Positions 27,578 to 37,252 of a stretch of DNA of 64,000 bases are shown here, one piece after another (the first letter of the stretch is position 1; each line of letters opens with the position of its first letter). Location of the stretch: IMG/VR virus record IMGVR_UViG_3300018475_000122; one strand, 5' to 3'. The notes under the pieces are model-generated. The model had not been told where the DNA came from. It ran no database searches and saw nothing but the letters and a program-made list of their open reading frames with translations. This DNA comes from an uncultured virus (IMG/VR IMGVR_UViG_3300018475_000122) (taxonomy: Duplodnaviria; Heunggongvirae; Uroviricota; Caudoviricetes). The translations under genes were made by a program, and so were the position numbers.

Positions 27578-27718
27578 TCACTCCTTATCGGCGCACAAAT
27601 AGCCGATGATAAAGGTTGCACTGCCGGAAATAAGCCCAGTAACGGCTTGCCACGTTTCGTCAGCGAAAAGTGCTCCGGCAAGCAGAGCAACGCTGAGTCC
27701 TACAACGAAGTACAGCAT
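27578..27718 (-). CDS. 46-aa two-helix membrane peptide (not in ORF track)
   Basis: MLYFVVGLSVALLAGALFADETWQAVTGLISGSATFIIGYLCADKE; AGGA RBS. Confidence 0.6.
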   Translation of the reverse strand: MLYFVVGLSVALLAGALFADETWQAVTGLISGSATFIIGYLCADKE

Positions 27719-27805
27719 GTATGTTTTCCTATCCAAAAGTATACCTCCAAAGGTAAAAAGCCGTCAAACGAAGAGGGCCGCCCTGTTTCCAGAGCGGCCC
27801 TTTCA

Positions 27806-28060
27806 TCAGCGGTAGCCCCACTTGCGGTCGATCTCGGCAAGCCGGCGCTCGTATTCGCGCTTGGCCTGTTCCTTCTCGTAGCGGCCAAGGCAGCCGGGGT
27901 CCTTCGTTTCGGCCCAGCAGGCAAGGGCGGCAAGGCCCACGTACAGGCCAGCCACGCAGGCAAAGGTGATAGCGCGGCGGGTCTTTTCGCGGCGGATGTT
28001 CTTGATGGTCTTGTTGAGCTGTTCGGTGGTGTTTTCAACGGAACAAGAAGCGGTACTCAT
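27806..28060 (-). CDS. Small single-TM protein
   Basis: 84 aa, AAGGAG RBS. Confidence 0.7.
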   Translation of the reverse strand: MSTASCSVENTTEQLNKTIKNIRREKTRRAITFACVAGLYVGLAALACWAETKDPGCLGRYEKEQAKREYERRLAEIDRKWGYR

Positions 28061-28085
28061 GGTGTTCTCCTTTTATCAGGAACGG

Positions 28086-28328
28086 TTACTGGTTATTGGG
28101 TTCAGAAGAGGTTTCGGCTTCGGCGGCTTCCACAGGGGCTTCCAACTTTTCAGGCGCGGCCTCAGGGCATTCTTCGGGCTTCGGGCCAAACAAGTCTCTG
28201 GCGGCCTTGGAGCACCAGCCGGGTTCGGAATGTTCGGCGGCAAAGGCAGCGGCAACGCCGGTGATAACGCCAGCGGTAAGGCCGATGACGAGGGTAGCGG
28301 TGGGGATGAGGATGCGGGCGATGAACAT
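28086..28328 (-). CDS. Small single-TM protein with an acidic tail
   Basis: 80 aa, AAGGAG RBS. Confidence 0.7.
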   Translation of the reverse strand: MFIARILIPTATLVIGLTAGVITGVAAAFAAEHSEPGWCSKAARDLFGPKPEECPEAAPEKLEAPVEAAEAETSSEPNNQ

Positions 28329-28342
28329 GGTGTTCTCCTTTT

Positions 28343-28564
28343 TTAGTTGCTGAGCATGGCGTTGCAGGTGGCGCGTTTGGCGGCAAGGAAGCGGGAATCG
28401 AGTTCGCTCAGCTCGTGCTGAAGCCTCTCCTCGTTCCAGCCTTCCTTGTCCGCCGTGGTGAACATGGCTTCGCGTTCCTGCCGGTGCTGCTGGTTGATGG
28501 CCTCCATAGCGGTTTCCACTCTGGAGGGAACTCTGCCGTTGTTGATGTACGCGCCCTTAGCCAT
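28343..28564 (-). CDS. Small coiled-coil protein
   Basis: 73 aa, overlaps the upstream ORF. Confidence 0.65.
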   Translation of the reverse strand: MAKGAYINNGRVPSRVETAMEAINQQHRQEREAMFTTADKEGWNEERLQHELSELDSRFLAAKRATCNAMLSN

Positions 28565-28757
28565 GGCGCTTCACCAGCTGGTAGGCCGTGGCGGCCGCGG
28601 CGGTAACGCCCAGAGCAATGCCGGAAGCCACAAGGCTGTTGCCCTTCATGTGCTTCATGTTCTTCTTCACGGCCTTCATCACGGGCTTGGCCATCTTACG
28701 CACGTTGTTCAGGGCGGTCTCGGTCATGGTGGGCTTGTGGAACAGGTTGAACTTCAT
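28557..28757 (-). CDS. Small basic single-TM protein
   Basis: Start MKFNLF with AAGGA RBS. Confidence 0.65.
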   Translation of the reverse strand: MKFNLFHKPTMTETALNNVRKMAKPVMKAVKKNMKHMKGNSLVASGIALGVTAAAATAYQLVKRHG

Positions 28758-28884
28758 GGTGTATTCCTTCTTTTTGGGGTTTGGTACGTGTCGGGTTTTT
28801 GCACAAAACAAAGGGGGCGCGGATCATCTCCACGCCCCTTGCTACTCGTCCATTTCTTCTTCGGGTTCAGGCCAGAAACGCATA

Positions 28885-29217
28885 CTACGCCGCCTTTTCG
28901 GCCTCAGCCGGTTCAGCAGGGGCTTCGGCCTCTTCAGCCTGCTTCTGCTCGTCCAGTTCGCTCTGCGTCACGAACACGGCCTTCACGATCCGGCTGATGA
29001 GCACAGCCGCTTCGGGGCGGGGGTTGCCATTCTCATCGAACAGCACTTCGCGCAAAAGCTCGCCGTTGCCGCCACAGTCTTCCACGGCCTTCTTGTAGCC
29101 GCGGTTGAACACGATCTGGTAGCCGGTAGCGGCGATGACGAGGGCAGAAGCGCCAAGGGCCTGGATGTAGCGGTTTTCGTACCACTTGGGCTGACGGCGG
29201 AAGGGATTGAACTTCAT
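28885..29217 (-). CDS. Small single-TM protein
   Basis: Start MKFNPF, AAGGAG RBS. Confidence 0.7.
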   Translation of the reverse strand: MKFNPFRRQPKWYENRYIQALGASALVIAATGYQIVFNRGYKKAVEDCGGNGELLREVLFDENGNPRPEAAVLISRIVKAVFVTQSELDEQKQAEEAEAPAEPAEAEKAA

Positions 29218-29228
29218 GGTGTGCTCCT

Positions 29229-29402
29229 TTAGTTGCTGGCGGTTTCAGAAGGGGTTTCGGGCTGGGTTTCCACGGGGTTTTCCGTCTTGCGGCTGCTCAA
29301 AACAGCCCACGCAACGGCACCGACGAAAGCGGCGGTCATGGCGTAGGACACAACGGTGTTGAGGACGTAGGCGGCCTTGTAGGCGGTATCGATCTTGCTC
29401 AT
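29229..29402 (-). CDS. Small single-TM protein
   Basis: Start MSKIDT, AAGGAG RBS, TGTTATAAG at 29442-29450. Confidence 0.7.
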   Translation of the reverse strand: MSKIDTAYKAAYVLNTVVSYAMTAAFVGAVAWAVLSSRKTENPVETQPETPSETASN

Positions 29403-29491
29403 GGTATTCTCCTTTATGAGCTGCATTGTTGTATTCATATTCTTATAACAATTTCGGGTACTCGGTTTTGAAATCCGAGTACCCGCAACTG

Positions 29492-29869
29492 TTATCTGCT
29501 TTCCGCCAGCAACCGTTTTGCCAGCGAGTTTGTAGCGTGAGATTCAGCGATGATGGCTATTTCACCATCATCGATGAACCTCTGGCGTTCCCGTTCCCAA
29601 AACTGCATACGCTTTTCAGGCGTATCCAGTTTTCCGCAGGCCTTCACCGAAACGGTATTGGCCACGGCGTCAGCTTCGCGCTGGCGGGTTTTTGCCTGCT
29701 CTTCGGCAAGCTGCCTCTTCAAGCGGATGACCTTGAGCTCCGCCTCAAGGCGTTCGGCTTCCGTGGGCTCCACGGGCTTGGCTTCTTCCTTGCGGCCAAT
29801 GATGGCCAGGAAGGTGAAAAGGGCAATGGAGCCAAGGGCCACAGCCTTGAAAGAACGCTTCTTGCTCAT
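29492..29869 (-). CDS. Single-TM coiled-coil protein
   Basis: 125 aa, GGAGG RBS, TGTTATAAG at 29912-29920. Confidence 0.7.
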   Translation of the reverse strand: MSKKRSFKAVALGSIALFTFLAIIGRKEEAKPVEPTEAERLEAELKVIRLKRQLAEEQAKTRQREADAVANTVSVKACGKLDTPEKRMQFWERERQRFIDDGEIAIIAESHATNSLAKRLLAESR

Positions 29870-29996
29870 AGGTACCTCCGTTGTTGGGTGCTAGAACCAT
29901 GCTTTCATATTCTTATAACAATTTCGCATACCTGAAATGTAAAAAGAACGGGGGCGCGTCCCATGCCCCCGTTCACAGCCCTGCTTCGGCCTATCC

Positions 29997-30269
29997 TCAG
30001 CTCAGGCTTACATGGTCGCCGTCTTCAATAACGGTGATGATGTCGTCCAAGTAAACGGCCACGAGTTCGCGGCCATCATGCTTCCAGTCCTGCTTTATGC
30101 TCCCACGGTGGAACAGCACCTTGTTGCCAATGCAGATGTCTTTACCGTCAGCAACATTGCAAACAACACCGCGAAGTACGTGACCGGGATGGAAGGAAAC
30201 GATGAGTCCGCTTTCCGTCATGTCTTCCTTGACCAATTCAATGAGTACGTAGTTACCAACCATTTTCAT
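29997..30269 (-). CDS. groES: GroES/Cpn10-like co-chaperonin
   Basis: VLIE...TESGLIV...GVV..V......IGNKVLF......DII.VIE pattern. Confidence 0.8.
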   Translation of the reverse strand: MKMVGNYVLIELVKEDMTESGLIVSFHPGHVLRGVVCNVADGKDICIGNKVLFHRGSIKQDWKHDGRELVAVYLDDIITVIEDGDHVSLS

Positions 30270-30286
30270 GCTGTTGCTCCTTTTGT

Positions 30287-30736
30287 TTACCAGCGTTCTT
30301 CAATGCCGCGGCTCGTCACGGCAAACACCGTGCCCCTGCCGCATTTCTTCATCAGCCCAGCTTCGGTGATCATCCAGTACCCGCGCGAAAGAAGGCGCGG
30401 TGCCGTGCGCCGTTCACCTTCGTGGAAAAACAGTATCTCCCCCTCCACGTTGCGGCCAAAGTCGTAGCGCGGCTGGCGCCTGTCCAAAAGCCATGCCTCA
30501 ATGTCGTCGGCAAGCAGCATGAAGTCGTCCGGCACAAGGCGGCTCTTGGCGGCCTGCGCGTCTTCGCGGGCCATCTTCTCAAAATGGATGCGGGTAGAAC
30601 CGCTCTGCGCGTGGAGTACGTGGTCCCCAAGGTCGCAGAAGATGTGGTAGGCGTCGTAGGCGGGGTCATACCAGGTTTCGTAATCGTCGCCCAAAAGTTT
30701 GCGGGCCCTGTCCACCATGGCGGCAAGTTTGCACAT
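30287..30736 (-). CDS. Hypothetical protein
   Basis: Likely start MCKLAA with AAGGAG RBS; TGTTATAAG at 30768-30776. Confidence 0.7.
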   Translation of the reverse strand: MCKLAAMVDRARKLLGDDYETWYDPAYDAYHIFCDLGDHVLHAQSGSTRIHFEKMAREDAQAAKSRLVPDDFMLLADDIEAWLLDRRQPRYDFGRNVEGEILFFHEGERRTAPRLLSRGYWMITEAGLMKKCGRGTVFAVTSRGIEERW

Positions 30737-30974
30737 AAAACAGCTCCTTTTCAAAGTAATCTACTATCTTATAACAAACAGCACTTAAAAACAGGCAAAG
30801 GCCCCTGCTCTTCGCGGGAGCCTTCTTCATTCCTGCGGGCATTGCGGCCAATCTCTAAAAGGAAGCGAGTTCGCACACAGGCTCAGGCAAAAATATCCTG
30901 CCCAAAGTCCTGAACATGGCGGCCTGCCTCCTCCCAATATTTTCCATTGGAACAACCTTCAACGAGGTAAAGGA

Positions 30975-31322
30975 ATGGCCCTCCCATACGCTCTCGAAAT
31001 GATCGAACGGCTCTTCAGCAAGTTCGACAGCAACACAGGTCAGCTCAATGCCGACTGGGTACCAGATATGCAGGGGGCTACTGAACACTCCGTTGGCAAG
31101 CATGGTCTGGTACCTGCCCCAACTCAGGAAGAGGTGAACCGCCCGCTCGGCGGATCAGGAGAATGGCTCAAATCGGCCGACATCGACATCACCGGCATAG
31201 CCGAACAGGCCCGGTGCGACGACGAAGGCAACGTCATCTCCGAAACCTACGCCACCCTGGACGACATCCTTCCCGATCAGGACCCAACAGAACTCTTTAA
31301 CAAAGCTCTTTCAGGAGAATAA
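30975..31322 (+). CDS. Tail-fibre-associated protein
   Basis: MQGAT...GKHGLVPAP and DDEGNVISETYA fibre-type motifs; CAATATTT at 30935. Confidence 0.6.
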   Translation: MALPYALEMIERLFSKFDSNTGQLNADWVPDMQGATEHSVGKHGLVPAPTQEEVNRPLGGSGEWLKSADIDITGIAEQARCDDEGNVISETYATLDDILPDQDPTELFNKALSGE

Positions 31323-31324
31323 AC

Positions 31325-32131
31325 ATGGCCGTACTCGAAAAGACTCTCGCTCAGCAGATTTCCCTCCTCGCTACCCGCATCGGTAACGAATGCAAGGTCC
31401 TGCATGGCGAGACCGCTCAGAACGCCGCCGATATCGTCACCATCAACAGCGCTATCGACGCCCTCGAACAGGGCCTCGACGACCTCGAAGGTGTGGTCAA
31501 CGCCCAGACCAACATCGACGACGCTAACGTGGCTACCACCACCACCTACTCCAGCTCCAAGATCGCTTCCGAAATCACCGCCGCCAAGCAGGCCGTGAAG
31601 GAAGAGCTCCTGGGCGGCGCTGGTGAAGCCTACGACACCCTGCTCGAACTCTCCGAACTCATCGCCGGCAACAAGACCAGCATCGAAGCCCTCGAAGCCG
31701 TGGCCGCCGGTCATGTGAAGTACACCGAAGCTCAGGAACTCACCGATGAGCAGAAGGGCATCGCCCGCACCAACATCGGCGCCGCTGCCGCCGCCGACCT
31801 CACCGCCCTCGACGGCCGCGTGTCCACCGCCGAAGGCAAGGTCTCTGCCCTTGAAGGCAAGATGACCACCGCCGAAGGCGACATCGACGCTGTCGAAGGC
31901 CGCATGACCACCGCTGAAGGCAAGATCACTGCCGCCGAAGGCAAGATTTCCGCTCTCGAAGGCAAGATGACCACCGCCGAAGGTGACATCGATGCCCTCG
32001 AAGGCCGCATGGGCACCGCCGAAGGTGCCATCGACGCCGTGGAAGCCGACCTTGCCGAAGTGAAGACCAACATCGGCGACATGGCCACCGACTACGTGGC
32101 CGCCTTCGAAGCCGCCCTCGCCGCTGAATAA
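31325..32131 (+). CDS. Coiled-coil fibre protein with heptad repeats
   Basis: TTTYSSSKI, AYDTLLEL, ARTNIGA motifs; repeated (A/L)EG(K/R)MTTAEG units. Confidence 0.75.
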   Translation: MAVLEKTLAQQISLLATRIGNECKVLHGETAQNAADIVTINSAIDALEQGLDDLEGVVNAQTNIDDANVATTTTYSSSKIASEITAAKQAVKEELLGGAGEAYDTLLELSELIAGNKTSIEALEAVAAGHVKYTEAQELTDEQKGIARTNIGAAAAADLTALDGRVSTAEGKVSALEGKMTTAEGDIDAVEGRMTTAEGKITAAEGKISALEGKMTTAEGDIDALEGRMGTAEGAIDAVEADLAEVKTNIGDMATDYVAAFEAALAAE

Positions 32132-32133
32132 GC

Positions 32134-33138
32134 ATGCGCTTCTCTGATAACGTCAAGCAATTGGCGGAAAGGATCGCGGCAGAATTCCGTGCGTATCTGC
32201 CGCGCTCCGGTGGAAAGGTGGATGGTGACGTTGAGGTGACTGGTTCCCTCAAGGCCACCGCCACCCATGCCACCCATGACGCCAACGGCAATGTCATTGC
32301 CGATACGTACGCCCCCAAGAGCGCGCTGGCTGACTACGCAACCGCCAGCCACGCCTCTGAAACCGGGGTAAACGGCATCGGCACCTCCTCCCAGTATGGG
32401 CACACCAGGCTCCTCACCAGCGTAGATTCCGAACTTGGGGAACAGGATGGCACGGCGGCCACGCCCGCAGCCGTCAAACTTGCCTACAACAGAGCAAACA
32501 GCGCCATGGATGCCGCGCAGGATGCGGAACTCGCCGCCGACTACGCCATGGTGGAATGCGAAGTTTCCGGCAGTACGCTCCTCTTCACCCGTAACGACGG
32601 TACTACCGCCGAGGTGGAAACCCCCTTCCTCACCACCGCAAGCTCCACGCAGAGCGCGGCAGAAGTCATCGTGCCCACGCCCGTGGCCGCTGGCACTGCT
32701 GTGGGCGTACCTTCCTACGTCGTAGGCGCCAGCACCCTCGCCCTCTACGTGGACGGCGCACGCGCCACCCGCGGCGGCCTGTTCAGCGAAGTGGGGGCAG
32801 AAGGCACCGTGTCCACCACTGTGCTCATCAACGATGCTGTAGCCGAAAGCCACGAACTCATGGCCTGCTCCAGCATCGTGGTGTCGGCCAGCGCGGCGGC
32901 CACAGGCTCCGTGGCCTTCACCGAAGCCGAAATAGCCACCCCCATCGTTTCCGGCGAAAATGTTTCCGTTCCAGCCTATATCGTGGGCGCCAGAAGCATC
33001 AATATCTATGTGGACGGCGTACTCTGCCAGCGCGGCAGCGACTTTACCGAAGTAGGCGCGGCAGGTGCGGAATCAACAACCGTTAAGTTTACCAGCAGTA
33101 TCTCCGGCGATTACGAAGTGCTCGCCGTTGCCGGCTGA
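32134..33138 (+). CDS. Tail fibre protein
   Basis: YLPRSGGKVDG, DANGNVIADTY, AATPAAVKLAY; duplicated VP.Y.VGA..L..YVDG domain. Confidence 0.75.
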   Translation: MRFSDNVKQLAERIAAEFRAYLPRSGGKVDGDVEVTGSLKATATHATHDANGNVIADTYAPKSALADYATASHASETGVNGIGTSSQYGHTRLLTSVDSELGEQDGTAATPAAVKLAYNRANSAMDAAQDAELAADYAMVECEVSGSTLLFTRNDGTTAEVETPFLTTASSTQSAAEVIVPTPVAAGTAVGVPSYVVGASTLALYVDGARATRGGLFSEVGAEGTVSTTVLINDAVAESHELMACSSIVVSASAAATGSVAFTEAEIATPIVSGENVSVPAYIVGARSINIYVDGVLCQRGSDFTEVGAAGAESTTVKFTSSISGDYEVLAVAG

Positions 33139-33156
33139 TAAAGCAGGAGTAAAAAC

Positions 33157-34077
33157 ATGGCTCTGCCTAATATCATCCAGAAGTTCATCGACCTTTCCAT
33201 CAAGGAATCCAAGTCGGTGAAAAACATCGAATTCACGGGTTCCCACGCCACCGCCACCCTTGGCACCGGCGAAACCCTCACCCGCGAAATGGTGGACAAC
33301 ACCGCCGCCGCCCACAACGGCGTGTACCGCGGTAAAAACCTCACCGGCATCTACACCCTGGACCAGCTCTCCGCCAAGGTCCAGGCTAATGACTGGTCCG
33401 ACCTCTACATCGGCGACTCCATCGAAGTCCCCATGACTTCCACCCGTGGCGGCGCCGAAACCGTGCGCTGGCTCTTCGCCGGCTTCGACTGGTACATGAA
33501 CGTGGGCGATACCCCCTTCAACCAGCATCACATCGTCATGGTCCCTGAAAACTGCTTCAAGGACAATGCGCAGATGAACAGCACCAACACCACGGAAGGC
33601 GCCTATAAAGGCAGCGCCATGTACCAGTCCGTGCTGCCCGACTACGCCGCCGCCCTCAAGGCTTCCGGCTCCTTCGGCAGCCACGTGGCCACCTACCGCG
33701 CTATCCTGACCAAAACAATGACCAGCACGGTGGCCTCCGGCGCTGGTGCAGACTGGAAGGGTGCCTCCACGGACTGGGAATGGACTGACACCGACATCCG
33801 CCTGATGACCGAAGTGGAAGTCTATGGCTCTCGCGTCTTCAGCTCCGCGTTCTATGACGTGGGCATCGGCAACCGCCAGCTGCCCCTGTTCCAGCTTGCT
33901 CCTCAGCACTTCGTGTGCGGCGCAGGTCTGAACAAGTCCGCCGGCGATCGCTGGGCCTGGTGGCTTTCCGCTGTCGCGAGCGCGGCGTCCTTCGCGGATG
34001 TCAGCTGCGACGGCAATGCCGGCTACAACGTCGCCTCCGGCGCGTTTGGCGTTCGCCCGCTTTTCCTGTTCATCTAA
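33157..34077 (+). CDS. DGR target: receptor-binding/tail-fibre tip protein, probable C-type-lectin fold
   Basis: C-terminal WWLS...F..V...G.A....AS...GVRPLF is encoded by the VR. Confidence 0.9.
   Translation: MALPNIIQKFIDLSIKESKSVKNIEFTGSHATATLGTGETLTREMVDNTAAAHNGVYRGKNLTGIYTLDQLSAKVQANDWSDLYIGDSIEVPMTSTRGGAETVRWLFAGFDWYMNVGDTPFNQHHIVMVPENCFKDNAQMNSTNTTEGAYKGSAMYQSVLPDYAAALKASGSFGSHVATYRAILTKTMTSTVASGAGADWKGASTDWEWTDTDIRLMTEVEVYGSRVFSSAFYDVGIGNRQLPLFQLAPQHFVCGAGLNKSAGDRWAWWLSAVASAASFADVSCDGNAGYNVASGAFGVRPLFLFI
33946..34063 (+). repeat. DGR variable region (VR)
   Basis: Ungapped match to 34863-34980; 21 mismatches, all opposite TR adenines. Confidence 0.95.
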
Positions 34078-34088
34078 ATATCGTAGAT

Positions 34089-34111
34089 CCCCGCCCCTTC
34101 ATGGGGCGGGG
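34089..34111 (+). other. GC-rich hairpin downstream of the VR (DGR target-recognition element)
   Basis: CCCCGCCCC-TTCAT-GGGGCGGGG, 9-bp stem. Confidence 0.75.
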
Positions 34112-34163
34112 GGTGCGTTTGTACTTTTTTGAACGTGCAAACGACTAGCGAAAGGACCTCGTC

Positions 34164-34784
34164 ATGAGCGTACCGGTTTCACGCCGCGGCATTTCCAGCA
34201 TGGAATTCTATAACACGGCTGTCCAGCTCCGTGTCGAACTCTCACGCTGGCTGCTCAGAGACTTCGGCATCAAGGATAAAACGCGCCGCGCCAGCGTGGT
34301 GGCCAAGGCCGCCCGCATGGACGAAGAAGACAAGGAAACCTTCCTTGGCATCCTTGCGAAGTACCGGCTCACAGAACAGCTCACCGAAGAATACCCCGAC
34401 TGGTGGCTCGCCGAACGGCGAAGAGCTGTGGACCGTCTCTGCACCCAGATAGTGGTGCATATCCGTGCCGCCAACGCCATCTACCCCACTTCCGAAGAGG
34501 AATACTGGGACAGAAGGACCATGCAGAACAAGGCCATCGGCTATACCGAGGCCCTGATGGAAGAGCTGCAGTTCATCGTTGCCATGCTCTTTAAAACCTT
34601 AGGCGTTGACGTGGAAAAATACATGCCCTTCGTGGACATGGTGGATAAGGAACTGGCACTGCTCAAAGGCTGGCGCAAGTCCGACAACAAGCTGCTTCGC
34701 GCCATCCAGAGCAAAAAGCTCACCAAGAGGGAAAAGCTCGTGAAGAACCTCAAGGAAAAAGTGGCCGCCCGCACTGAGTACTGA
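34164..34784 (+). CDS. avd: DGR accessory Avd-like four-helix protein
   Basis: MSV..S.R..S..EF, I.AAN.IYP....EY..RR..Q..AIG and LLKGWRKSD; lies between VR and TR. Confidence 0.8.
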   Translation: MSVPVSRRGISSMEFYNTAVQLRVELSRWLLRDFGIKDKTRRASVVAKAARMDEEDKETFLGILAKYRLTEQLTEEYPDWWLAERRRAVDRLCTQIVVHIRAANAIYPTSEEEYWDRRTMQNKAIGYTEALMEELQFIVAMLFKTLGVDVEKYMPFVDMVDKELALLKGWRKSDNKLLRAIQSKKLTKREKLVKNLKEKVAARTEY

Positions 34785-34862
34785 GCCTTCACCAACATAA
34801 AAACAACAGGCCGTGGGGGAGCGCAGGGCGCACTACCACCCCACGTCCGGTCGCTCTCTGTA

Positions 34863-34980
34863 AATCGCTGGACCTGGTGGCTTTCCGCTGTCACGAACGC
34901 GACGAACTTCGCGAATGTCAACAGCAACGGCAATGCCAACAACAACAACGCCTCCAACGCGAATGGCGTTCGCCCGATTT
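34863..34980 (+). repeat. DGR template region (TR)
   Basis: AAC/AAT-rich copy of the VR between avd and RT. Confidence 0.95.
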
Positions 34981-35132
34981 CATGTCCCTGCCCTATGTGT
35001 AGGCCGTTTGCCGAGGCAGGGCTTCAGGAAAGGAGAGAGTGTCCGTCCTTCAATGGTAAATACGGGGGCCGATGCGGTCAGATACGTCTGGTACCGCTGT
35101 ACACGGCCCCGCAAATTTCGTTCTGCAAGCCC

Positions 35133-36287
35133 ATGGGAAAGTACTTCGATTCGCTCACCAACGCCAACAACCTGTACCAGGCATACCTTCTTTCCAAGCG
35201 CGGCTGCTCGTGGAAGGAAAGCGTGCAGAAGTACGGCATGTACGCCCTGCAGAACATCCGCCACGCCCAGCAGGAACTCAGAAGCGCCACCTACGTGCAG
35301 AAGCCCTTCTTCGAATTCACGCTGAACGAGCGCGGCAAAACGCGCCACGTGCGCTCCATGCACATTTTCGACCGCGTCATCCAACGCAGCCTGTGCGACA
35401 ATGTGCTCTCCCCCGCGCTGGAGCCGCACCTCATCTACGATAACGGCGCCAGCATCAAGGGCAAAGGCATCGACTTCACGCGCAAGCGCCTGCACGCCCA
35501 TTTAGAAAAGTACATCCGCCGCCACGGCTCCAAGGGCTACATCCTCACCCTCGATTTCTCCAAGTTCTTCGACAATATCCAGCACGAGCCCCTGCTCACC
35601 CGCGTGCGCCCCATCCTGAACGACGACGAAGCCTACGAACTGGTGGAACTTCTGGTGGATACCTTCAAAGTGGATATTTCCTACCTGCCTGAGGCTGAAC
35701 GGGAACGCGCTATCCACGCAGTATTTGATACTGTGAAGTACGAAGCTGTCCCGCAGGAAAGCAAAACCGGCGATGCCTTCATGGCAAAGTCCCTCGGCAT
35801 CGGCAGCCAGATAAGCCAGATCTCCGGCGTGTACTACCCTACGGTGCTGGATACCTGGTGCAAGGTGGTGCGCCGCCTCAGGTACTACGGCCGCTACATG
35901 GACGACCTCTACGTCATCCACCAAAGCAAGGAGTACCTCAAAAAGCTGAAGGACGAACTGTTCCACATCATCGAGAACACCCTCGGTATGCACGTGAACA
36001 AAAAGAAAACGCAAATCGTGCCGCTGTCCCGCGGCTTCACCTTCATGCAGGTGAAGTACAGGGTGGAGCCTTCTGGCCACATCACCAAGCTCATCAAGCA
36101 CGACCGCTTCACCCGCGAACGCCGAAGGCTCAAGAAGTACCGCCACCTTCTGAGCGCAGGCCGCATGGACCGTTTCAACATCTGCACAGCCTACCAGTCA
36201 TGGCGGGGCAACATGCGGAAATTCCTCTGCAGGCGATCCCTGCACAACATGGACAGGCTGTACGAAAACCTGTTCGTTTACCGTTAA
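35133..36287 (+). CDS. DGR reverse transcriptase
   Basis: ERGKTR, DRVIQR, LDFSKFFDNI, LGIGSQISQ, YGRYMDD; likely start MGKYFD. Confidence 0.95.
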   Translation: MGKYFDSLTNANNLYQAYLLSKRGCSWKESVQKYGMYALQNIRHAQQELRSATYVQKPFFEFTLNERGKTRHVRSMHIFDRVIQRSLCDNVLSPALEPHLIYDNGASIKGKGIDFTRKRLHAHLEKYIRRHGSKGYILTLDFSKFFDNIQHEPLLTRVRPILNDDEAYELVELLVDTFKVDISYLPEAERERAIHAVFDTVKYEAVPQESKTGDAFMAKSLGIGSQISQISGVYYPTVLDTWCKVVRRLRYYGRYMDDLYVIHQSKEYLKKLKDELFHIIENTLGMHVNKKKTQIVPLSRGFTFMQVKYRVEPSGHITKLIKHDRFTRERRRLKKYRHLLSAGRMDRFNICTAYQSWRGNMRKFLCRRSLHNMDRLYENLFVYR

Positions 36288-36304
36288 TTTCAGGAGACTC
36301 CACC

Positions 36305-36790
36305 ATGGATAACATGGAAGAAATGCGCAAATATCAGGAGGAATGCAACCTCCGCTCCCAGCTTGAATCCTCCGTTTCCGAAATCGGCGACTGGAAGCTC
36401 GTCAAGTACCTCGAATACATCGCCGCAGGCCTCACCCCGCCTTACGACATCGCCGAAGCCTACGCCAAGCGTCAGGCCATCCGCGACCAGCTCAGCGTGC
36501 CTACCGAAGAAGAACAGGCCATCAACGCTTTGAACGCCCTCAAGGCCAACCGCGCCTCCGCCGTTTCCAAAATCACCGTGGAAGTGGACGGCATGACCTT
36601 CGATGGCGACGAAAAGGCCCAGGAACGCATGGCCCGCGCCGTCGTCCTTGCCGACAGCATGGACGAAACCACCGAATGGGTGCTGGCCGACCATACCGTG
36701 GCCCACGTCACCGCCGCCCAGCTCAAGCGTGCCTGTAAGCTGGCCGGCCTTGCCCAGACCCAGCTCTGGACCGTGCCCTACGCCGAATAA
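36305..36790 (+). CDS. Tail fibre assembly-type protein (DUF4376-like C-terminus)
   Basis: Start MDNMEE with AGGAG RBS; ITVEVDG..FDGDE.AQ.RM and WVLAD. Confidence 0.7.
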   Translation: MDNMEEMRKYQEECNLRSQLESSVSEIGDWKLVKYLEYIAAGLTPPYDIAEAYAKRQAIRDQLSVPTEEEQAINALNALKANRASAVSKITVEVDGMTFDGDEKAQERMARAVVLADSMDETTEWVLADHTVAHVTAAQLKRACKLAGLAQTQLWTVPYAE

Positions 36791-36877
36791 GCACACCGTT
36801 TCATAGCACTCCTCCGCTTGCCCTGTCGTGTTCCCCCAGCGCGGCAGGGCGCTTTCACATGTAAAGGAGACCAGAAG

Positions 36878-37114
36878 ATGACCTACGCTAAAAAAATCTT
36901 CATCGCAGTTGACCAGCTCATCAACGCCGTCTTCAACGGCTACCCGGACGAGACCATCTCCTCTCGTGCGTGGCGCTGGTACCGCGATGATGTGATGTAC
37001 CTCCCAAAGTTCTTCATCGACGCAATCTTCTTCTGGCAGGAAGAACACTGTAAAAGCTCCTACGAGTCCGAAAGGCTCGACAGGCAGCTCCCTCCGGAGT
37101 TCCGCGTAAAATAG
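36878..37114 (+). CDS. Conserved small phage protein
   Basis: IAVDQLINA...G.PDETISSRAWR...ID.IFFWQ..HC pattern; AAGGAG RBS. Confidence 0.75.
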   Translation: MTYAKKIFIAVDQLINAVFNGYPDETISSRAWRWYRDDVMYLPKFFIDAIFFWQEEHCKSSYESERLDRQLPPEFRVK

Positions 37115-37252
37115 CCTGAGCGCCAGCGTAAAACGCCCCTGTGTGCATCCCACGCAGGGGCGCTGTGCATTACAGGTGTAATATCTCCTTCATTTTATTT
37201 GCACATTCTGCGCTTCGTGCTATACTGGAGTATCTTTTAAAGGAGATGTTCC

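Noticed and set aside
31800..32050. Tandem DNA repeats in the fibre gene (similar repeats in the scaffold, about 57880-58270)
   Set aside because: Explained by protein-level heptad and EAPVEE repeats.
35133..36287. Group II intron or retron reading of the RT
   Set aside because: TR/VR pair, Avd-like gene and SQ motif indicate a DGR; no intron domain V seen.
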